The notes under the pieces: model-generated
Seen by the model: the letters and a program-made list of their open reading frames with translations, nothing else
What the model was told of the DNA's origin: nothing
Database searches by the model: none
In this document: positions 56,694-62,345 of the stretch, piece by piece
Position numbering within the stretch: position 1 is the stretch's first letter
Layout: every line of letters begins with the position of its first letter
From: Candidatus Nomurabacteria bacterium
GTDB lineage: Bacteria > Patescibacteriota > Minisyncoccia > Phycocordibacterales > UBA2100
Length of the DNA: 62,345 nt
Direction: 5' to 3'
Assembly (NCBI GenBank): GCA_943359395.1
Contig: CALRHH010000005.1
Span: 1 to 62,345 of the forward strand
Translations under genes and position numbers: made by a program

Positions 56694-57101
56694 ATGACGT
56701 TTTCAATCGTCGTTTTTTCCGTTTCGCTTTTATCCATCGTCCTCTTGTTTTCTCTCAAGCATTTTGAAATACGACGTGAGCGTGTCTTTTTTGCTGAGTG
56801 GAGGCAGAAGGCAGACGTCCGTGCCCTCCAACTCAAGGAATTGCTCGATGCTGCGCGCTTAGATCTTTCCAAGATTCCTCCTGAAGCAGTGCGTTTGTCA
56901 CGCATCGGTATCCACCAGCTTGCTCTCGGGTTCGCTGCTTTTGCGCGCCGGACGGAGAGGTATGCGCACCAAGTAGCGGATCTTGTGTCCTACAAGCATC
57001 GTTTTGAGAAGCGGGATACGCGTTCGGAGTTCTTGAAGAAGGTAGCGGAGCACAAGAGTGGGGGCGCGGGCGGCTCCGGTGACTCCACCACGGAACTTTA
57101 G
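56694..57101 (+). CDS. Hypothetical membrane-anchored protein
   Basis: 135 aa with an N-terminal TM helix, directly after tsf. Confidence 0.6.
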   Translation: MTFSIVVFSVSLLSIVLLFSLKHFEIRRERVFFAEWRQKADVRALQLKELLDAARLDLSKIPPEAVRLSRIGIHQLALGFAAFARRTERYAHQVADLVSYKHRFEKRDTRSEFLKKVAEHKSGGAGGSGDSTTEL

Positions 57102-57195
57102 GTTTGTATCTTGGTAAACGCGTATCACCACTGCTGTATGTAGTGTCGATGCGTACGTTTGCTGCGCGAGGTTCCGGGTGGAGTCACCGGAGCCG
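57071..57195. ncRNA. Candidate structured RNA (6S-like architecture)
   Basis: A 25-bp closing stem (CGGCTCCGGTGACTCCACC-a-CGGAAC / GTTCCG-GGTGGAGTCACCGGAGCCG) encloses a bubble and an apical stem-loop. Confidence 0.4.
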
Positions 57196-57201
57196 TCTCG
57201 C

Positions 57202-57230
57202 TTGAAGAAAAGGCTTAAAAAAGGCACAAT
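57202..57230 (+). promoter_or_regulatory. sigma70-type promoter of tRNA-Thr
   Basis: TTGAAG-N17-CACAAT, 11 nt before the tRNA. Confidence 0.45.
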
Positions 57231-57241
57231 GCCTGTGTCCC

Positions 57242-57314
57242 GCCGCCTTAGCTCAGTTGGTAGAGCAACACTTTTGTAAAGTGAAGGTCCCCAGTTCGAA
57301 TCTGGGAGGCGGCT
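57242..57314 (+). tRNA. tRNA-Thr (TGT)
   Basis: Acceptor stem GCCGCCT/AGGCGGC, D arm GCTCAGTTGGTAGAGC, anticodon loop TT-TGT-AA, T arm CCCAG-TTCGAAT-CTGGG. CCA is not encoded. Confidence 0.95.
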
Positions 57315-57351
57315 CAAGTTTCCATATTTCCAATACGTCCACTTCGTCCCT

Positions 57352-58908
57352 ATGAACACAAAAGACACATATTGGTATTTGCACATCGGCCGTGCGAGCG
57401 ACCTTACCGGGCGTGACCGTATCACATACAGGCTCTTTGAAATGCTGCCTGGAATTCTTTCGCTCGCCACGCTTCTTTTGTTTGTCGCGCTCTCTTTCAA
57501 GCGTCCCGTGTGGGCAGCGTACCTCACCATCATCTTCTCTATCTACTGGCTCCTGAAGACCATCTACCTGTCGGCGCATTTGAGGCATAACTTTAAGCGC
57601 GTGCGACATAATTTGAGCATCGATTGGAACGAACGTCTCAAGAATCTATCACATCAAGACATCACCCATCTCGTCATCTTTCCTTTTTACACGGAAGGAT
57701 ATGAGGTCGTCGCCGAGAGCGTGCGCGGTCTCCTAGGTTCAAAGTATGACCACAAGCGCATCGCAGTCGTTATAGCTGCGGAGGAGCGGGCTGGTAAGGA
57801 ACAACGTACTGTCGCCGACCGCATCGCGGCGGATTTCTCGAGTCACTTCGGAGCTCTTATAGTGACCGAACACCCAGCGGACCTCGCGGGAGAGTTGCCA
57901 GGGAAAGGCTCAAATATCTCATATGCCGCAGAAGAGGCCCGCGTTCGAATCTTGGATTCGCAGAATATCCCTTACGAGAAAACTATCGTTTCGGCATTCG
58001 ATATCGATACGGTCGTCTACCCGCACTATTTTAGCTGTCTTACGTGGCATTTTTTGACGTCGGAGAGGCCTGAGCGCACCTCGTTCCAGCCCATCCCACT
58101 TTACAACAACAACATCTGGGATGCTCCGATGCTCTCTCGTGTCATTGCGTATTCGAGCTCGTTTTGGCAAATGATTCAGCAGGAGCGACCTGAACGTCTT
58201 GCAACTTTTTCTTCCCATGCGATTCCTTTCAAGCCGTTGCGAGAGGTGGGATACTGGCAAAAAAATGTCGTCTCTGAAGACTCTCGCATTTTTTGGAATC
58301 TCTTTGTGCGATACGACGGCGATTACGACGTCATCCCAATGGCGTATCCAGTTTCAATGGACGCGAATGTCGCATCGAATTTTTGGGGTACAGCCAAGAA
58401 TATTTACCTCCAACACCGTCGGTGGACCTACGGAGCAGAAAATATTCCCTACATCCTCTTTGCTTTCATGAAAAATCCCCGAATGCCCTTCGGAAAAAAG
58501 GTACGCGCGGCGTCCGTACAAATTGAAGGTTTCTGGTCGCTTACGACGAACCCACTTGTTCTCTTTGCCGTAGGGTGGCTGCCGCTCATTGTCGGCGGGC
58601 GTGCATTCAATGCCACCGTTCTCTCGTACAATCTGCCGCTCGTCGCAAAAGGATTCCTCACCGCGTCGCTTTTTGGGCTCCTTGTGTCTGCGGCGATAGC
58701 TATGCAATTGGTTCCTGAGCGGCCCCGCGAAAAGACTCGTTTCCACAGTGCCATGCATTTTCTCCAGTGGATACTGGTTCCCATGACCATGGTTGTGTTC
58801 AGTGCCATACCGGGACTCGATGCGCAAATGCGCCTCATGTTTGGGCGCTACTTGGGTTTCTGGGTGACGCCGAAGTCGAGAAAAATAGGGGCCCCGGATT
58901 CTTTGTGA
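57352..58908 (+). CDS. Glycosyltransferase family 2 (membrane-bound)
   Basis: PGKGSN, SAFDID, SEDSRIF, QHRRW, flanking TM helices. Confidence 0.85.
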   Translation: MNTKDTYWYLHIGRASDLTGRDRITYRLFEMLPGILSLATLLLFVALSFKRPVWAAYLTIIFSIYWLLKTIYLSAHLRHNFKRVRHNLSIDWNERLKNLSHQDITHLVIFPFYTEGYEVVAESVRGLLGSKYDHKRIAVVIAAEERAGKEQRTVADRIAADFSSHFGALIVTEHPADLAGELPGKGSNISYAAEEARVRILDSQNIPYEKTIVSAFDIDTVVYPHYFSCLTWHFLTSERPERTSFQPIPLYNNNIWDAPMLSRVIAYSSSFWQMIQQERPERLATFSSHAIPFKPLREVGYWQKNVVSEDSRIFWNLFVRYDGDYDVIPMAYPVSMDANVASNFWGTAKNIYLQHRRWTYGAENIPYILFAFMKNPRMPFGKKVRAASVQIEGFWSLTTNPLVLFAVGWLPLIVGGRAFNATVLSYNLPLVAKGFLTASLFGLLVSAAIAMQLVPERPREKTRFHSAMHFLQWILVPMTMVVFSAIPGLDAQMRLMFGRYLGFWVTPKSRKIGAPDSL

Positions 58909-58918
58909 TGGGAGTATA

Positions 58919-58979
58919 CCCCATGAGATAGTGAATTTTAGAAATTGTACTGTGATTGGGGGTGAGGTATCTCACGGGG
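58919..58979. mobile_element. MITE-like inverted-repeat element, copy 4
   Basis: CCCCATGAGATA...TATCTCACGGGG, 61 bp, flanked by TATA/TATA. TATACT lies 7 nt before ATG 58993. Confidence 0.7.
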
Positions 58980-58992
58980 TATACTTGTCCGC

Positions 58993-59844
58993 ATGCAACC
59001 GATGACCAAACGCCGTCGCCGCCTTTACCTCTACGGACTCGTTGCCGTTTTTGTTCTCTGTCTCCCGATTGTGATGTCGTATGCCAACGGGTATCGATTC
59101 AAGAACGGGGTTGGGTTCGTGCGCACGGGGAGTGTCATTATTTCTGTTTCGAAAAGTGATGCGTTACTTTCTCTCAGTGGAGTAGAAGTAGGCGCGTCAG
59201 GTTTTCTTCGTCATAATTTTTATATAGATAACCTTGCGCCCGGCGCGTATCAGGTATCGGTAACGCGCGAGGGGGATCATCCGTGGCACCGCACACTTAT
59301 TGTAGAAGAGGAGCTCGTGACAGACGCTCAGGCATTTCTTGTGCCCATCGCGATTACATCAGTGAAACTAGTTGACGCCTCAAAGGTGGCGTCTTCGACT
59401 ATAGCCACATCGTCAGAAGCTACCCCTCGCATCACGTACGAAGCGTATCAAAAGGCGTTTCTTCCCACGAGCGCAACTTCAACGCTCCCCAGCGCGTCCC
59501 ATAAGCCGGCCAGTGAGATCGTCGTGTTGAGAAACGGAGATGTTTTAGTGCAATGGACAGACGCGGGTGTTCTCCCACCGAGTCGGTTTTGTCGCGGACC
59601 GTCTCTCTGTGGAGTTGAGATTCCCATTGAGGTTGGTAAGCAAAACTCAATAAACGCTGAGTTCTTCGGCGGAGGCATCGTATACACGACGAAAGAAGGC
59701 GGGATTTTTCTCGGCGAGATAGACGTGAGGCCCGAGCCCGTGTCTGTCCAGCTGTACCCTGTGCGCGGGGCGGACTTCCGAATCATTGATGGACACCTCA
59801 TCGTAAAGGACGGAAATACTCTCTACGAGATAACGGAGCTCTAG
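58993..59844 (+). CDS. PEGA-domain protein
   Basis: TM helix; YANGYRF...TGSVII...NLAPGAYQVSVTREG..PW. Confidence 0.7.
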   Translation: MQPMTKRRRRLYLYGLVAVFVLCLPIVMSYANGYRFKNGVGFVRTGSVIISVSKSDALLSLSGVEVGASGFLRHNFYIDNLAPGAYQVSVTREGDHPWHRTLIVEEELVTDAQAFLVPIAITSVKLVDASKVASSTIATSSEATPRITYEAYQKAFLPTSATSTLPSASHKPASEIVVLRNGDVLVQWTDAGVLPPSRFCRGPSLCGVEIPIEVGKQNSINAEFFGGGIVYTTKEGGIFLGEIDVRPEPVSVQLYPVRGADFRIIDGHLIVKDGNTLYEITEL

Positions 59845-59853
59845 TGCGATATA

Positions 59854-59914
59854 CCCCGTGAGATAAGGACTTTCACCTATGAAACTAAAGTCCTGACTTT
59901 TCTATCTCACGGGG
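59854..59914. mobile_element. MITE-like inverted-repeat element, copy 5
   Basis: CCCCGTGAGATA...TATCTCACGGGG, 61 bp, flanked by TATA/TATA. TATACT lies 7 nt before the pheS ATG. Confidence 0.7.
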
Positions 59915-59927
59915 TATACTAGCCGCT

Positions 59928-60683
59928 ATGAAGCCCGGTTTACCCAGAGCAGAGTCGAGAGGCAGCATTCATCCCATATCGTCCCTCATCCGCGAGGCCA
60001 ACCGCATCTTTTTTGACATGGGGTTTACGTTCGCCGAAGGACCCCTGCTCGAGGACGAATGGCACAACTTCGACGCACTCAATGTGCCCAAAGACCACCC
60101 CGCGCGTGACATGCAGGATACGTTTTTTATTAAGGATGAGCCTGGTTATGTACTGCGTACGCACACTTCTCCCGTACAGGTGCGATACATGGAAGAGCAG
60201 GTAAAAAGGGGTATTCAGCCACCTTACCGTGTCATAGTGCCAGGCAAAGTGTTTCGCAATGAAGCCACCGACATAACACATGAAGCAGAATTTTTCCAAA
60301 TAGAAGGATTGGCGGTGGGTGAGGATATATCACTCGCGAATCTCAAAGGCACACTAGAGAGATTTTTTAGAGAATTATTCAAGGGTGTTTCCGTCGAAAT
60401 CCGTTTTCGTCCGAGCTTCTTTCCTTTTACCGAGCCATCGGTTGAAGTCGACATGCGTCTCGTGGGCGAGAGCGCTCCGCCAAAATTGCGCGATAAATGG
60501 ATAGAGATGATGGGTGCAGGCATGGTGCATCCGAGCGTTCTGAAGAATGCCGGAATAGATAGCGAGAAATACCGTGGATTCGCATTTGGCATGGGGCTCG
60601 ACCGCTTGGCGATTATTCGTTGGGGCATAGATGATATCCGTCTCATGCACTCCGCCGATTTGCGATTCATAAACCAATTCTAA
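59928..60683 (+). CDS. pheS: Phenylalanine-tRNA ligase alpha subunit (lacks the N-terminal coiled coil)
   Basis: GSIHP, NFDALN.PKDHPARDMQDTF, LRTHTS, PGKVFR, FPFTEPS, GFAFGMGLDR. Confidence 0.95.
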   Translation: MKPGLPRAESRGSIHPISSLIREANRIFFDMGFTFAEGPLLEDEWHNFDALNVPKDHPARDMQDTFFIKDEPGYVLRTHTSPVQVRYMEEQVKRGIQPPYRVIVPGKVFRNEATDITHEAEFFQIEGLAVGEDISLANLKGTLERFFRELFKGVSVEIRFRPSFFPFTEPSVEVDMRLVGESAPPKLRDKWIEMMGAGMVHPSVLKNAGIDSEKYRGFAFGMGLDRLAIIRWGIDDIRLMHSADLRFINQF

Positions 60684-60685
60684 CC

Positions 60686-62345
60686 ATGAAAATCTCACGC
60701 GAATGGCTCCAGACATATTTTGAGAAACCTCTGCCTACGGCGGGGCAGTTAGGTGATGCGCTCACGTTCCATGCATTTGAAATTGAAAGTATCGAAGGGG
60801 ATATTCTTGATGTGAAAGTGACACCGAATCGCGGACACGATTGCCTTTCGTATCGCGGGATTGCCAAAGAAGTATCAGCGATTTTGAATTTCCCACTCGT
60901 GCCGTATCCGTACGGCATACAGGATATCAACCTCGAACCAAAAACCGATGCGGTCTCGGTCTCGGTACAGAGAACCGACCTCTGTGGTCGCTATATCGCA
61001 GGCTACATCCGGAGCGTAAAAGTCGGGCCGTCTCCTGGGTGGCTGCGCTCCGCCCTCGAGTCGGTAGGACAGCGTTCAATAAATAATGTCGTCGACGCGA
61101 CGAACTATGTGATGTTCAGCATCGGCCAGCCGCTCCATGCGTTTGATGCAGGTAAACTTTCTGCTGAAAACGGGACATACGCAATTACTGTCCGCGGCGC
61201 ACGAGGAGGGGAGAAAATGCTCGCGCTTGATGATAAGGAATATTCTTTGAACGAAAGCATGCTTGTCATTTCAGACGCGAATACGGATGTGGCAATAGGT
61301 ATTGCTGGTGTGAAAGGCGGAAAACCATCCGGCGTCGACGAAAAGACGGTCGATATTATCATCGAAGCAGCGAATTTTGACGGTGTGAGTACTCGCAAGA
61401 CCGCACAGGCATTGAAACTGCGCACCGACGCTTCACAACGTTTCGAGCAAGTCATTTCGCCGGAACTCGCTGCGTATGGAATGCGCACCGCAGCCGACCT
61501 CATCGTCAAGCTCGCGGGCGGGGAAGTACAGGGTTTTGTCGACGAATACCCGCGATCTCAGGGAAAGTGGACAGTCTCCGTTTCGCTCAAAAAGATAAAC
61601 GACACTTTAGGGACGAAGCTCGGTGCGTCCGATGTTGCGGACGTCTTCAAACGTCTTGATTTTTCGTTTGAGGTGAACGGTGGGAATTTTGCCGTCACGC
61701 CACCCTTCGAGCGGCTTGACCTCGTGATACCAGAGGATTTGGTAGAAGAGGTGGGGCGCATTATCGGTTACGACCAAATCCCCACGACCAAGTTGGTGGC
61801 GTTTCCAAGGAAGCCCGATGTCAACCAAAATTTCTTTGCGAGTGAACGTGTTCGCACGGAGCTTACAGCAAAGGGGTATTCTGAAGTTTTTACGAGTGTT
61901 TTTACTGAGAAAGGAGAGCGTCTTGTCGCCAACAAGGTAGACGGTGTACGCCCGTACCTTCGAGCCAGTTTGGCTGATGGACTAAGAGACGCCCTTGAGA
62001 AGAATTCGCGCAACAAAGACCTCCTAGGACTCAAGGATGTCCGGCTATTCGAAATAGGGACGGTATGGGAAGGCGGCGCGGAGCGCATTATGCTTGGCAC
62101 CGCGAATAAGGGAGGTGTAAAAGAAGTGCCGCTCGAAGCAGAAGAAGTTTCCGCATATGAGGCTTTGCCACTTTCAACCACTGAGCGTTTTCAGCCATTT
62201 TCGCGCTACCCATTCATCGTGCGCGACATCGCGCTCTGGACGCCTTCAGGCACAGAGCCAGAAGAGGTGCTTGCCGTCATTCGTGCAGAGGCGGGCGAGC
62301 TTCTGGTACGGAGCGAACTCTTCGATAGGTTTGAAAAGGGTGAGA
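60686..62345 (+). CDS. pheT: Phenylalanine-tRNA ligase beta subunit (runs off the window; lacks the B2 OB-fold)
   Basis: MKISREWL..., VTPNRGHDCLS.RGIAKE, NNVVDATNY, IEAANF, DL..EV.RI.GY, YPFIVRDIA. Not in the ORF track because there is no stop in the window. Confidence 0.93.
   Translation, partial: MKISREWLQTYFEKPLPTAGQLGDALTFHAFEIESIEGDILDVKVTPNRGHDCLSYRGIAKEVSAILNFPLVPYPYGIQDINLEPKTDAVSVSVQRTDLCGRYIAGYIRSVKVGPSPGWLRSALESVGQRSINNVVDATNYVMFSIGQPLHAFDAGKLSAENGTYAITVRGARGGEKMLALDDKEYSLNESMLVISDANTDVAIGIAGVKGGKPSGVDEKTVDIIIEAANFDGVSTRKTAQALKLRTDASQRFEQVISPELAAYGMRTAADLIVKLAGGEVQGFVDEYPRSQGKWTVSVSLKKINDTLGTKLGASDVADVFKRLDFSFEVNGGNFAVTPPFERLDLVIPEDLVEEVGRIIGYDQIPTTKLVAFPRKPDVNQNFFASERVRTELTAKGYSEVFTSVFTEKGERLVANKVDGVRPYLRASLADGLRDALEKNSRNKDLLGLKDVRLFEIGTVWEGGAERIMLGTANKGGVKEVPLEAEEVSAYEALPLSTTERFQPFSRYPFIVRDIALWTPSGTEPEEVLAVIRAEAGELLVRSELFDRFEKGE

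Noticed and set aside
57061-57195. tmRNA or SRP RNA (GGGG start and CTCCACCA resemble tmRNA ends)
   Set aside because: There is no T-arm (GGTTCRA) before CTCCACCA, no tag reading frame and no SRP CAGG-GNRA-AGCAG helix-8 motif. CTCCACC is simply one arm of a long hairpin.
57242-57330. tRNA-Thr as an integration site (att) for the island
   Set aside because: No duplicated tRNA 3' end or integrase was seen, and the island lies more than 20 kb away.
47508-59914. CRISPR array (constant ends with 35-40-nt variable cores)
   Set aside because: The units are dispersed over 12 kb, bounded by inverted rather than direct repeats, and no cas genes are present.
419-62181. Numerous 60-250 aa overlapping ORFs in the track (e.g. 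419-1117, 2072-2746, 21938-22468, 35127-35771, 51842-52588, 56898-57533)
   Set aside because: They are antisense or off-frame shadows of well-supported genes with no recognisable motifs.
1-62345. Alternative genetic code (TGA readthrough, code 25)
   Set aside because: TGA terminates many well-defined genes with ATGA overlaps (e.g. 6942, 8970, 11366, 49617).

Overview
This looks like a 62 kb segment of a Patescibacteria/CPR genome (Parcubacteria-like). The inference rests on a short EF-Ts, reduced PheS/PheT, a split-transketolase pentose-phosphate cluster, His-rich CPR-type cupredoxins and widespread leaderless genes. The genetic code is 11, since TGA acts as a stop. All family assignments come from motif recognition by eye, not database searches. 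The right third (~45-62 kb) is housekeeping: gap, rpiB, pilin, rpe, split transketolase, pfkB, rplY, rpmE, prfA, rpsB, tsf, tRNA-Thr(TGT), a GT2, pheS and pheT. Five ~60-bp MITE-like elements sit there, each ending exactly on the -10 box of the next gene, along with a candidate 6S-like RNA. The left ~35 kb is an accessory island built from a few heavily paralogous families: (i) ten membrane-anchored Cys/His-rich helical-repeat proteins plus cupredoxin domains; (ii) an HTTM/SdpAB-like gene pair; (iii) four ~460-560 aa unknown proteins ('family X'); (iv) four PaaK/LuxE-like adenylate-forming ligases plus four degenerate ligase-like partners; (v) an RnfD/UnbU-like + FG-GAP/ASPIC-UnbV fusion; and (vi) four small N-terminally hydrophobic peptides ending in F-x-x-C-G-(G/D). 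One of these peptides (34815-34994) is missing from the ORF track. The repeated peptide + ligase + family X association is the best candidate for an undescribed peptide-modification (RiPP-like or acyl-thioester) system. A transport module (two SSS symporters, an orphan TctC and a divergent class III aminotransferase) lies at 35-41 kb.
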